From Acetobacterium wieringae (GTDB lineage: Bacteria > Bacillota > Clostridia > Eubacteriales > Eubacteriaceae), in NCBI RefSeq assembly GCF_026646375.1, contig NZ_JAIPPU010000014.1, positions 11,873 to 75,872 on the forward strand: a stretch of 64,000 bases of DNA. Direction: 5' to 3'. The position numbers were made by a program, and so were the translations under genes. The notes under the pieces are model-generated. The model was not told the origin of the DNA. It saw only the letters and a program-made list of their open reading frames with translations, and searched no databases. Below are positions 36,790 to 46,380 of the stretch, piece after piece. Within the stretch, counting starts at the first letter, position 1, and every line of letters begins with the position of its first letter.

Positions 36790-38778
36790 CTAAACGGTAT
36801 ACGCATAAGCGAATGTCGCTCCCGGCGCACCGATAAAGACCAGATAAGAACCGGCTGTCACTGGGATTTCTTCGGCGATGCCACTGATGCTGTCGTAGTC
36901 TGGCTGCAGATCGGAACCATAAATCACAATTCGGCCACCTTCTGGCATAACTGCACTGAAGGTTCCATCATTATCCAGCTTGCGGCAGACATTGAGCCCA
37001 TCGCTGCCAATCACAATCGCTTCATCTTTTTGCAGCGACGCCACGGAAGCGGTATCGACCAACTGATAATCCATGATGGTTAAGATCATTTGGCCGTTGT
37101 TTTCGGCAATCGTCGCCTGGGCCAGATCCCTGCCGTATGGCAGCACCATTTGGGTTGTGGTCGCATCTTTTAAGCCATAGAGGGTGTAGCCGCCATTGGC
37201 CGTGTGATAAAGATAACCCGGCAGCTCTGTCACAACCCCGGTTTTTACGCCCATCGCATTGGCGTCAATGGCCGAAAGATTGGTGGGAATCCATGATTTT
37301 CCGCTAAACTGGCTGGTATCCAGGACTGCCGCTGCTGCCGCCATTTTCTGCCCGGAGACAAAACCAGCATCACTGCTTTGATCATAGATCATAAAAAATT
37401 CCTGGCCGAAATTTTTGGCAAAACCACCCCGGTAGCCCACCGGTAAATGAAAATAACCATCGCTGAGATAGGGATAGGTGTCCTGGGTTTCAAAAGCCTT
37501 TCCGTTATACTTTTTATAAATCATGGCATTTTTTTCGTTATTGAATTCGATCTTGACAGTCGCTTCACCATCGCCGTAAATCCCAGCATAAGCCAGAAGC
37601 TCATCAGGGATGGTGGCCGCCGTTGGCACCGCTGTCGCAATTTCCAGAACCTCACTGAGGCCATTTTCATTAATCAACGCCTGGACAATATCATTGGCAA
37701 CGCCAGTGACATCGGCATTTCCGGCAAAAACAATGGCCACCGAGATATTTTCCTGCGGCAGCAGATATAACTGCGAATTATATTGAGGCGAGCCGCCGTT
37801 TTTACCAATCACCGTCACCCCCTGGCGCTCAAAATCGGCCACTGCCACACTGTCCCAGCCCAACCCATACGGATACAGGGGTGTTCCAGCAGGCACGGTT
37901 TGGTCCCCATATTGGGGACTGGTATATTCGGTGACCATCGCTTCACTTAAAATTTTGCCCTGGAACAGTGCCTGGCCATAACGACATAGATCAACGGCGG
38001 TGGCGGCAATACCCCCAGAACCGAGGCTATTGATGTATTCCACTGGAGCAGCGCTGCCATCTTCGTTATATTTCCGGGCAATGTTGATGTTATCGGCTTT
38101 AAAATAACAGCTGCTGTTTTTCATTCCGGCTTTTGTAAAAATATTCGCTGCCAGATAATCAGAAAAAGATTGTCCGGAACTCTTTTCAACCAAAATTTGG
38201 GCCAGCGTGAAACCATCATTGCAGTAGACACTAACCTTCCCGGGATCGCCCTTTAACTCCGTACCGACCAGGTAGGTCAGAAATTTTTGAGTATAGTCGG
38301 GATCCGGCTCCGTTGTTTCAGCATTAAAGGTATAGGTTCCGGGCAAGGCCGCGGTATGATTGAGCAGCATCCGAACCGTGATATCTTTATAACGGCTATC
38401 AGCCATGGTGAACTCTGGCAGGTAATCAACTACCGGTTGATCCAGCGCCAGTTTTCCATCTTCACACAGTTGCAAGATGGCGGCAGCGGTAAACACCTTG
38501 CTGACTGAACAGATATTAAACTGGGTGTCTTCGGTTACTGCAAGCCCGGCCTCCCGGTCGGCCATCGCAAAACCTTCTTGATAGACCAGATTCCCATTGT
38601 CCATAATCGCCACGGTGGCACTGGAGGCCCCGCCCGCTGAGATGGCATTCCAGATCTCGGTTCGAGCCGTTTCAATGGTCTTTTCATAGCTTTTTGGTTC
38701 AGCCTTGGGGATACACCCCGAAAACGTCAATCCCAGCACTATCAAACAACATACCCAGATCAAACTTTTTCTTTTCAT
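36790..38778 (-). CDS. Beta-lactamase-fold serine hydrolase lipoprotein (tandem paralogue)
   Basis: Lipobox FSGC|IP. Carries the same SVSKVF / YCND motifs and the same C-terminal extension. About 60-70% identical to the neighbour by eye over the N-terminal 150 aa. Confidence 0.85.
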   Translation of the reverse strand: MKRKSLIWVCCLIVLGLTFSGCIPKAEPKSYEKTIETARTEIWNAISAGGASSATVAIMDNGNLVYQEGFAMADREAGLAVTEDTQFNICSVSKVFTAAAILQLCEDGKLALDQPVVDYLPEFTMADSRYKDITVRMLLNHTAALPGTYTFNAETTEPDPDYTQKFLTYLVGTELKGDPGKVSVYCNDGFTLAQILVEKSSGQSFSDYLAANIFTKAGMKNSSCYFKADNINIARKYNEDGSAAPVEYINSLGSGGIAATAVDLCRYGQALFQGKILSEAMVTEYTSPQYGDQTVPAGTPLYPYGLGWDSVAVADFERQGVTVIGKNGGSPQYNSQLYLLPQENISVAIVFAGNADVTGVANDIVQALINENGLSEVLEIATAVPTAATIPDELLAYAGIYGDGEATVKIEFNNEKNAMIYKKYNGKAFETQDTYPYLSDGYFHLPVGYRGGFAKNFGQEFFMIYDQSSDAGFVSGQKMAAAAAVLDTSQFSGKSWIPTNLSAIDANAMGVKTGVVTELPGYLYHTANGGYTLYGLKDATTTQMVLPYGRDLAQATIAENNGQMILTIMDYQLVDTASVASLQKDEAIVIGSDGLNVCRKLDNDGTFSAVMPEGGRIVIYGSDLQPDYDSISGIAEEIPVTAGSYLVFIGAPGATFAYAYTV

Positions 38779-38915
38779 TACCATTCCTTTCAAAAATAAG
38801 CTCCACTTTTCGCTATTTCTTTCTTACCCCGACGCGTTGCATTTATCAATGTTTTTTTGTATAAAAAAACAGATAATTAGTCGCATATCTGTTTTTGAGA
38901 TCTTAATATTCTTAA

Positions 38916-39135
38916 TTATAAAGTAAAAAATGAAACCGCCATAATCAGGTAAACTGCCAGCAGCTGAACCCCTTCCAGCCAATTGGATTCACCGTCACTG
39001 GCCATCCGATTGGCAATCAGTACCGATAATACCAAAGTCACCAGTTAAAAATCGTTAAAAACGATGCTCATCGGCGTAAACAGCAGACTCAAAAAAATCA
39101 GCACCGGTATGACAAACGGGCATTGAGGCAATTGG
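38916..39135 (-). pseudogene. 3' remnant of a Ca2+/H+ antiporter (CAX/ChaA family) gene
   Basis: Minus-strand reading gives FVIPVLIFLSLLFTPMSIVFNDF-TAA-LVTLVLSVLIANRMASDGESNWLEGVQLLAVYLIMAVSFFTL-stop. This is a typical CAX C-terminus with an in-frame TAA at 39045-39047. A frame break lies further upstream and no N-terminal part is present. Confidence 0.5.
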
Positions 39136-39348
39136 TGATTACGGTATGAGCAAAAATCTCAGTATCTTCATTGTCGCTCACATCTTTCTCTGTTATTAAT
39201 TTCTGATCCGGTGTCGCTGGTAAAAGAATACCACAAATCTTAAGGAAAATAAATCTAAAAAGCACTGAATTTGCTTTGTTTATTTTTTTATTTGCATTCT
39301 GCAATTAATTATGGTAAACTGTTTGCATATCGCAAATAAACGAGGTGA

Positions 39349-39801
39349 ATGATGGACAAACAACAGATCAATGCAGCGCTTTTTGCATTTTTACAGGCTA
39401 TCTATAAATTTGAACAAATGGAGTTGGCAAAATTTTCAATTTCCTGGCAGGAAATGCTGCTGCTAAAACAGCTCTTGAACAACAATGACTTCAGTATGGG
39501 CCATGCCACCGAGCTACTGGGTATCAAACCCTTCCAGTCCACCCGACTGGTCGATGGACTGGTCAAAAAAGAGTTGCTGTTACGGTTTGAAAAAGAGTCC
39601 GATCGACGAATCAAGTCACTTCAGATTACCGCCAAAGGAAAAGCAGTGCTTGCAGAAATTGATGATTTTCACTATCAGGTCATTGAAAAAGCCAGCAAAA
39701 ATCTTGGTTCCGAGCGGACCCATTCAATTTTGTCAATGATGTTCCAGCTCGAAGAATTGCTAAACCTTGAAGAACCATCGCAGAAAGGAAATGATAACTG
39801 A
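39349..39801 (+). CDS. MarR family transcriptional regulator
   Basis: MarR winged-helix pattern (ISWQEMLLLKQL...ATELLGIKPFQSTRLVDGLVKKELLLRFEKESDRRIKSLQIT). First gene of a tightly overlapped 3-gene operon. Confidence 0.85.
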   Translation: MMDKQQINAALFAFLQAIYKFEQMELAKFSISWQEMLLLKQLLNNNDFSMGHATELLGIKPFQSTRLVDGLVKKELLLRFEKESDRRIKSLQITAKGKAVLAEIDDFHYQVIEKASKNLGSERTHSILSMMFQLEELLNLEEPSQKGNDN

Positions 39802-40544
39802 TGAATTTAAACGGTAAACGGATTATTTTAACCGGAGCATCCTCGGGCATTGGACTGGCGCTGCAACCACTCCTCCATCAGAAAGGGTCCCGGGTTTTGG
39901 CTGTGGGGCGCCAGGCGTTTACGCCGGACTTTTCTACCATTACTTATATCCAAGCCGATATTTCGACTCCATCCGGGGTCGATTCGGTTTTTGCCAAAGC
40001 CGAAACCATTCTCGGTGGGGTTGATATCGTTATTGCCAATGCCGGATTTTCTTTTTATGAAGGGGCCGAACAGGGAGACTGGGATCATATAAAAGCCATT
40101 TTTGACACCAATGTCACTTCTCCCATCTATGCTTTTCAGAAACTCAAAAAAATAAAGGGCAACCAGCCCTTTCAGTTTGCCGTGACCGCCAGCGCCATGA
40201 GTTTTTTACCGCTTCCCGGCTATTCCCTGTACTCGGCCACCAAACACAGTCTGCAGGGGTTTTTCGAAGCCGCCCGGTATGAACTTCCCAGCCATCAGGT
40301 GATTTCGCTGATCCACCCGATTGCTACCAGAACGGCATTTTTTAAGAATGACAATCCCGAGCTTTTTCCCACACAGACTCCCGAGGCCGTGGCAAAACAG
40401 TATATCTCTGGACTCGAAAAAAACAAGGCTCACATTTATCCATCAAAAACATTCCAGCTGATTAAACCACTCAGCCTGGTTCACCCACTGATAAAAAAGC
40501 AGGAAGCACAAAAACTTTCTAACTGGAGGTCTACTCATGATTAA
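39801..40544 (+). CDS. SDR family oxidoreductase
   Basis: TGASSGIG cofactor motif, NAG, and the catalytic YSATK. Confidence 0.9.
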   Translation: MNLNGKRIILTGASSGIGLALQPLLHQKGSRVLAVGRQAFTPDFSTITYIQADISTPSGVDSVFAKAETILGGVDIVIANAGFSFYEGAEQGDWDHIKAIFDTNVTSPIYAFQKLKKIKGNQPFQFAVTASAMSFLPLPGYSLYSATKHSLQGFFEAARYELPSHQVISLIHPIATRTAFFKNDNPELFPTQTPEAVAKQYISGLEKNKAHIYPSKTFQLIKPLSLVHPLIKKQEAQKLSNWRSTHD

Positions 40545-41193
40545 TTATCCCGCCCCCTGGAAATTGCAGGGCTATGGCTATATTCTTCTTTATCGTTTCG
40601 GAACCGACTTTGCCAATCTACAAGCGCCGGAGTTTCTCGCCAACAAGGCCATCCCCGGTTTTGGCAGTGTAATGCTGGTAAATTATCAAACCTCAAACTG
40701 CGGCCCTTACGGTGAGTTGCTTGTGATCCCCGGCAAATATCAGTATGACCAGAAAAACATACATACCATCAGCAAAATTTATGTATCATCCCAGGCTTCG
40801 GTGGATAATGGCCGAATCAACTGGGGGATTCCCAAAGAACTGGCCCAATTCCGTTTTGAATCGCTATCAGATAAAATCGAAAAAGTCACCGTCACGAGCG
40901 AAAATAAAGGTAAGTCCTCACCAATTTTTGAGGCCCGCTTAAAATGCGGATCAGTTCCATTTCCGGTCAGTACCCGACTGCTCCCCTTTCCATTGATTCA
41001 GCATTTGGACGGGAAGGCCTTCCAGACGACCTTTTCCGGAAAAGGAACCGGCCGATTTGCATCGATGACCGATTTAAGCATTGACGAAAACGCATTTCCT
41101 GATCTATCTCACTTTAAGCCCCTGGTAATTATTAAGGTTGATCCCTTTGAAATCACTTTCCCGGTGGCAAAAATAAGTAACTTAACTTGTTAA
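40537..41193 (+). CDS. Acetoacetate decarboxylase (ADC)-like family protein
   Basis: N-terminus YPAPWKLQGYGY and overall beta-rich composition resemble the ADC-like family. 8-nt overlap with the SDR gene. Confidence 0.6.
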   Translation: MINYPAPWKLQGYGYILLYRFGTDFANLQAPEFLANKAIPGFGSVMLVNYQTSNCGPYGELLVIPGKYQYDQKNIHTISKIYVSSQASVDNGRINWGIPKELAQFRFESLSDKIEKVTVTSENKGKSSPIFEARLKCGSVPFPVSTRLLPFPLIQHLDGKAFQTTFSGKGTGRFASMTDLSIDENAFPDLSHFKPLVIIKVDPFEITFPVAKISNLTC

Positions 41194-41278
41194 AATTTTA
41201 CTGCAAAGATACCCAACTCAGGCTATAATAAGTATTAACTCTAAACCGTTAATGTTTAATTTTTCTGGAGGTATTTCT

Positions 41279-42160
41279 ATGAAACTGGATAATGACCAGT
41301 ACCGGATCATTGTTGAGTCCTCACCCAATATGATCTGGCGGGCTGGTACCGATACATTGTGTAACTACTTTAACACCACCTGGTTGAAATTTACCGGCCG
41401 GACAATAACTCAGGAAATGGGAAATGGATGGGCAGAAGGTGTCCACCCCGAAGATTTTGACATGTGCCTGAAAATATATTTAGAAGCCTTCGCCAAACAG
41501 GAATCTTTTGAAATGGAATACCGGCTTAAACGCCGGGATGGTGTTTATCGCTGGATCAATGACCGGGGCGTTCCCTACTATATCAACGACCATGAATTTG
41601 CCGGCTATATTGGCAGCTGCATGGACGTGACCGATAAAGTGGAAGGCCAGAAGCTGCGGGATCTGGCCCAGCGGGACAGTCTGACCCAGATCTTTAATCG
41701 CCAGTATTTTGAACAATTGGCCAATGTTGAATTTTCCAAAGCCAAACGATTTGACGCTGATCTTTGTGTTGCCATGATTGATATTGATCGATTCAAGACA
41801 ATCAATGACACTTATGGTCACCATGCTGGGGATCTGGTTTTAAAAACGGTGGCTAAAACCATCAATGAAAGCATCCGGGCCTTTGATCTGTTTGGTCGCT
41901 ATGGTGGTGATGAATTTGTTTTGCTGATGTCCAATACCAATTATGCTGAAGCTTCGATCCTGATTGCCCGATTAAAGCATGTCCTTAATACCATTGAAAT
42001 AAAGTACGATGATTCCCTGATCCACATCAGTGCCAGTTTTGGATTATACCAAATGCATCATGAGGTGCTCCTGGAAAAGGTCATCATTGAAGCCGACAAA
42101 AAGTTGTATGAGATCAAAAACAGCCGACCCAATCAACTCCCACATTCATTTAAACAGTGA
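41279..42160 (+). CDS. PAS-GGDEF diguanylate cyclase
   Basis: PAS (MIWRAGTDTLCNYFNTTWLKFTGR...EYRLKRRDGVYRWI) plus RYGGDEF. GGAGG SD precedes ATG 41279. Confidence 0.9.
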   Translation: MKLDNDQYRIIVESSPNMIWRAGTDTLCNYFNTTWLKFTGRTITQEMGNGWAEGVHPEDFDMCLKIYLEAFAKQESFEMEYRLKRRDGVYRWINDRGVPYYINDHEFAGYIGSCMDVTDKVEGQKLRDLAQRDSLTQIFNRQYFEQLANVEFSKAKRFDADLCVAMIDIDRFKTINDTYGHHAGDLVLKTVAKTINESIRAFDLFGRYGGDEFVLLMSNTNYAEASILIARLKHVLNTIEIKYDDSLIHISASFGLYQMHHEVLLEKVIIEADKKLYEIKNSRPNQLPHSFKQ

Positions 42161-42231
42161 CCTGATTTGTGATCGATAACCGCTTTTTTTACCCATTTAT
42201 TCAATTTCATGCTGACTCCTGCCCGTATACC

Positions 42232-42276
42232 AAAAAAAGCAAGTGAGATTTTAAAAAATGCTCTCACTTGCTTTTT
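42232..42276. terminator. Bidirectional intrinsic terminator
   Basis: A-run, GCAAGTGAGA...TCTCACTTGC, then TTTTT. It lies between convergent genes. Confidence 0.7.
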
Positions 42277-42306
42277 CTGTTGCTGCTATTATTCTAAATA
42301 TTCACC

Positions 42307-42783
42307 TTATTCATGGATGAACGTCTCTTCAGTTTTTTTCATTCTTTTTCCAGCCTTTAAAAACCGCTGGTTTGAAACTACCAGAAACCCAAATACTACC
42401 AATCCGATTCCAACTGCTACCCAACCCAGGAAGAAAAAAATGATCAGATATGGGGAATTCGTACCGGCAATTTCCAGAATCCCTTTAAGAAAACTCCCCA
42501 CCGTCAGAGCGGCCAGCCCTGAATTGAAGCTATTATACCCAATGCGATAAACAACAAACCGGGTAATAAAGACCATGTAGCGATCAATCAATAAATACCC
42601 CAGTGCCCCACCCAATAACGGGTATAAGAACATTCCGGTCATGGCCGCTGAATGAACCCCGTGGCCAAACAAACCATAGATGAGATTAACAGCAATGGCT
42701 AAAACCGTCATCAGCAAATAAACAGCAATGGTTTTTCCAAGCTTTTTAGAATTGTTTTGTAATTTAATACCCGAAATAAACAA
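42307..42783 (-). CDS. Small integral membrane protein of unknown function
   Basis: Four predicted TM helices. GGGAGG lies 9 nt upstream of TTG 42783. The longer track ORF (to 42966) overlaps the upstream gene in another frame and is rejected. Confidence 0.7.
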   Translation of the reverse strand: MFISGIKLQNNSKKLGKTIAVYLLMTVLAIAVNLIYGLFGHGVHSAAMTGMFLYPLLGGALGYLLIDRYMVFITRFVVYRIGYNSFNSGLAALTVGSFLKGILEIAGTNSPYLIIFFFLGWVAVGIGLVVFGFLVVSNQRFLKAGKRMKKTEETFIHE

Positions 42784-43651
42784 TGTCGCTAACCTCCCGT
42801 TCTGAATTACTGCGGCCGTCGGTGGGATTATTGACCACTTCGCCATTAAAAACCATGGTGGATGATCCGCCACCATCCAGATTATAGGCAATGGTGCAGC
42901 CTCGTTCTTTAAATTCCTGGGCCAACTGAAGCAATGAAAGACCTTCACTTTCATCCGTCCGGCCATCCGAAACGATCACCAGATAATGTCCCTCTGAAAT
43001 CTGTCCGATGGCCGTGCGGGGATTACTTTCTTTTGCCTGACCAACCTCACTGCTATTGTCCACCATCACTTCGCCGTTTTCAACCAGAGCTGGCCCAAAT
43101 GACAGCACCTGCCAATTCTCGCTTAGTGATGCCATGCTGACTTCATTTTCATCGACAATTGAAAAATTGCCGTCCTGATCAATAACCAAAGCCTCATTCT
43201 CACTGGCACTATCCCGATAAACAATGCCATTACGCAATACATAGCCGTCGTCCCGGAAGCCATAATAATCACCATTGATGGCAAAGATCGCATTTTGAGC
43301 AGCGGCGATATCTGACGTTTTGGCCTTGACATTTCGCCCATAGGTATTGTTGGCAAAGGCGGTTTTCAGATAGGCCGCATCCGAAACCTGAATATCCGCC
43401 ACATAAATGGTCGAATCATATTTCGAAATAGTTTCAATGCTAATCTGGATATTTTCATCACTATAAGATGTTGCGGTAATCACCGGTTCGGTTTCTGCCG
43501 CTGCAGCCGTTTCGGCACTTGTTTCTGAAGCCACGATCACCATTGATTTCTGAATCACAAAAGCATCCAGCAACACAAAGATAAACAACCCCACCAGCAG
43601 CAGCGAAAATACCCCTGCCCAGCGATACGGTTTTGAAAAAAACGTGATCAT
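42764..43651 (-). CDS. Phosphodiester glycosidase family (DUF2233/NAGPA-like) protein, membrane anchored
   Basis: N-terminal TM helix. The C-terminal motif is RTAIGQISEGHYLVIVSDGR...GLSLLQLAQEFKERGCTIAYNLDGGGSS. Confidence 0.8.
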   Translation of the reverse strand: MITFFSKPYRWAGVFSLLLVGLFIFVLLDAFVIQKSMVIVASETSAETAAAAETEPVITATSYSDENIQISIETISKYDSTIYVADIQVSDAAYLKTAFANNTYGRNVKAKTSDIAAAQNAIFAINGDYYGFRDDGYVLRNGIVYRDSASENEALVIDQDGNFSIVDENEVSMASLSENWQVLSFGPALVENGEVMVDNSSEVGQAKESNPRTAIGQISEGHYLVIVSDGRTDESEGLSLLQLAQEFKERGCTIAYNLDGGGSSTMVFNGEVVNNPTDGRSNSEREVSDIVYFGY

Positions 43652-44706
43652 TTAAGACGATACTCCTTTCTGTGTTCCCCGAAAATAAAGTTTTTCTGAA
43701 TCAGGTAACTGCCGATAAATAATCCTGTGTCGACGCATACTTTTAACACCGTCAGGTGAATCGGTAGACTGCTTAAACTGGAGACAAAGAACCAGCTCAA
43801 CAGCATCTGACTGATAAACAAAATGGCGTACTGCAATGCCGCCTTCCCTTGCTGATCGGTATTTTGAAAAACCCAGTGCTTATTAAGCAGATAGTTGACC
43901 CCACCGGACATCACCCGGGCGATAATAGTTGCCTCCAGAATTCCCAACGAGGTTGCTCCAAAAGCAATTTGCATCAGTAGCGTAAAGACCGAGTTATCCA
44001 CAATCGCCGAGACAAAGGATGATAAACTGAATTTTAAAATATTCAGGTAGATCCGGGCCGAATCTTTAATGGCATGAAAATGAGATGCTTTGTTTTCATT
44101 TAAATAAATGGTCTCAATCGGTATTTCCACAAACGGAATCCGACTTTTACCCGCTTCCAGTAGCACATTCATTTCATACTCATAGCGGTCACCGGGAATT
44201 TTTAGTAATTCTCTTGTCCAACTCATCGGAATTCCCCGCAGTCCGGTTTGGGTATCCGGACACCGCGCTCCAGTACTCAATAAATAAGCCAACGATGTGA
44301 TGCGGTTACCCCACTTGCTTTTAAAGGGGGTTTTCGTATTATTGAAATCACGGGTTCCCAGAATAAGGCTGCCCGGATTTTGTTCCAGCATCCTGGCTAC
44401 GTTTAAGATATCCTCCGGTGCATGCTGCCCATCGGCATCCGCCGTAACATAGCCCGGCGCATCCGGATAAATATTGGCAGCATAGGCCATTCCCGTTTTT
44501 AATGCAACCCCTTTGCCCATATTTTTATGGTGAACCCGAACCACACAGTCGAGCTTTTCTCTTAAGATATCAAAGATGATTTCATACCCGGGGGCACTGC
44601 CATCATTTATAATAATTGTTGTTAAATCATCGTGTTTTAGTTTTTCAACTAAGGTGATTAGTTTTTCGTCCGGATTCAGAGCCGGAATAATCACAACAGG
44701 TTTCAT
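43648..44706 (-). CDS. Glycosyltransferase family 2 fused to a GtrA-like membrane domain
   Basis: GT2 N-terminus (VVIIPALNPDEKL...ADADGQH) and a C-terminal 4-TM GtrA-like part (VSAIVDNSVFTLLM...KHWVF). Confidence 0.85.
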   Translation of the reverse strand: MKPVVIIPALNPDEKLITLVEKLKHDDLTTIIINDGSAPGYEIIFDILREKLDCVVRVHHKNMGKGVALKTGMAYAANIYPDAPGYVTADADGQHAPEDILNVARMLEQNPGSLILGTRDFNNTKTPFKSKWGNRITSLAYLLSTGARCPDTQTGLRGIPMSWTRELLKIPGDRYEYEMNVLLEAGKSRIPFVEIPIETIYLNENKASHFHAIKDSARIYLNILKFSLSSFVSAIVDNSVFTLLMQIAFGATSLGILEATIIARVMSGGVNYLLNKHWVFQNTDQQGKAALQYAILFISQMLLSWFFVSSLSSLPIHLTVLKVCVDTGLFIGSYLIQKNFIFGEHRKEYRLK

Positions 44707-44834
44707 ATGCTGACCTCCTTTATGTTCTTGTCAGCATTCTATCGTCCTAAAGTGATAGTTCTGTGATTGGGCGCTGAATTTTAACGTTTTGTTTCAAAAA
44801 CTTCTCGATTTTGACACGATTTTTAGCCAAATAC

Positions 44835-44875
44835 AAAAAAGTCGGGAAGGAGATAAACCGCATCTCCTTTCCGAC
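44835..44875 (-). terminator. Intrinsic terminator after the YmgE-like gene
   Basis: 14-bp stem GTCGGGAAGGAGAT / ATCTCCTTTCCGAC (one mismatch), followed on the minus strand by UUUUUU. Confidence 0.7.
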
Positions 44876-44900
44876 CACATTAAACATCGCGTTGACAATT

Positions 44901-45149
44901 TTATTTTGTGAACAAATTAATAATCACCAGGAGAATTACTGCTCCTACTGAGGCAACAAAAATACTCCAAAGATTAAATCCGGTTACTCCCGTGGTGCCG
45001 AAAAAGCCAAATACAAAACCACCAATCATGGCGCCCAGTATTCCAACGACAATATTTTTAATAAGTCCCATTTTTTCATTGTTTTTTGTCAGCATGCTGG
45101 CCAGCCAACCGGCTAAACCACCAAGGAAAATCCAGCTAAAAAATCCCAT
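44901..45149 (-). CDS. GlsB/YeaQ/YmgE family (transglycosylase-associated) membrane protein
   Basis: 82 aa, beginning MGFFSWIFLGGLAGWLAS, with Gly-rich TM helices typical of the family. Confidence 0.85.
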   Translation of the reverse strand: MGFFSWIFLGGLAGWLASMLTKNNEKMGLIKNIVVGILGAMIGGFVFGFFGTTGVTGFNLWSIFVASVGAVILLVIINLFTK

Positions 45150-45494
45150 GTTATCACCTCCTTTCTTAATTTTTAGGTACTTGCGACCCTTCCTTCAGTC
45201 TTGGGTTTCGTTTTTCAATCACCTAATTTTCTTCTGTTTATTATTATACCCGCTTATCTTTAAACAAACCTTCCAACTTCATCGTTTTAATCAGCCCCGC
45301 TTTCTCTCCACCTTATTATTTAAATTTTTTATTAGTCAGTCAAAGCTTAAATTGCATCTAAGCTTTTAGCGTTAAAATAATTAGTTGTAGCCTCTATTGA
45401 GATTACCACGTTTTTCGATTCACTATTTTCCATATCCACGATTAATTATAGAAAGGCACTTTCAACTCTTAACTGATAAAAGTGAAATACAATC

Positions 45495-46160
45495 ATGCAG
45501 ATTAATTCGACTGAGCTCCCCTTTTCTGAAGACCTGGACATGAATGGTAGTTTAAAGGAGTTTCTCCTACAGCAGCAGATTTACCGGGCTGCCATCAAAG
45601 AAATTAAAACCAAGCTGGAAATTCTGGATGAAGAATTCCAGGCCAGATATGACCATAACCCGATCCATCACATGGAGTACCGGCTAAAATCCCCCCAGAG
45701 CATCGCCGGAAAGATGCAGAAAAAAGGGCTGGAAATTACGGCTGAAAACATCCGTAAAAACCTGACGGATATTGCTGGAGTTCGCGTCATCTGTAACTAT
45801 TTACATGACATTGATCGGATTGCCAACCTGTTGCTGCGCCATGATGATATTACCCTGATCCGTAAAAATGACTATATCAATGAGCCCAAGAAAAATGGCT
45901 ACCGCAGCCTTCATCTGATTGTGCTGGTACCCATCTTTCTGGCTGAGCGAACCGAATCCGTTCCGGTGGAAATCCAAATTCGTACCATCGCCATGGATTT
46001 CTGGGCCAGTCTTGAACATCAACTCAAATACAAAGGTCATAGCGATATCTCCGAAGGGCTTCGGGAGCGGCTCAAATACTGTGCCGAGTCAATTACCCGA
46101 CTGGATGAAGAAATGCAGATGATCTACGAAGAAATTACTACAAACGACTGCGACCAATAA
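45495..46160 (+). CDS. Small alarmone synthetase (RelQ/RelP-type GTP pyrophosphokinase)
   Basis: DIAGVRVICNY, YRSLHLIV and EIQIRTIAMDFWASLEH match the RelA/SpoT synthetase fold in a 221-aa stand-alone protein. Confidence 0.85.
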   Translation: MQINSTELPFSEDLDMNGSLKEFLLQQQIYRAAIKEIKTKLEILDEEFQARYDHNPIHHMEYRLKSPQSIAGKMQKKGLEITAENIRKNLTDIAGVRVICNYLHDIDRIANLLLRHDDITLIRKNDYINEPKKNGYRSLHLIVLVPIFLAERTESVPVEIQIRTIAMDFWASLEHQLKYKGHSDISEGLRERLKYCAESITRLDEEMQMIYEEITTNDCDQ

Positions 46161-46168
46161 TAATCGAT

Positions 46169-46194
46169 ACCGAGGCAATCACCTCGGTTTTTTT
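46169..46194 (+). terminator. Intrinsic terminator after the alarmone synthetase gene
   Basis: ACCGAGG-CAATCA-CCTCGGT followed by a T-run. Confidence 0.75.
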
Positions 46195-46215
46195 ATGCTT
46201 TTTTTACATATCTTA

Positions 46216-46244
46216 TTGACACTCTGATTATTCCATGTTATCTT
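46216..46244 (+). promoter_or_regulatory. Candidate promoter of the rubrerythrin gene
   Basis: TTGACA (46216-46221), 17 nt, TATCTT (46239-46244). Confidence 0.4.
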
Positions 46245-46380
46245 ATTTATATTCATTACTGTTTAGTAATAATTACCTTTAGCGAAGGTTCACACTCAAG
46301 ACTCTGGAACGTTCCCCTTTCTTTCCTGACTCTTGCTAAGTCGAACTAACTATTTAAACTATTGATATGGAGGAAAACAA

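Noticed and set aside
42784-42966. N-terminal 61 codons of the track ORF 42307-42966
   Set aside because: This part overlaps the phosphodiester glycosidase gene in a different frame. A GGGAGG SD lies 9 nt upstream of TTG 42783, and a positively charged N-terminus precedes the first TM helix. Both support the shorter CDS.
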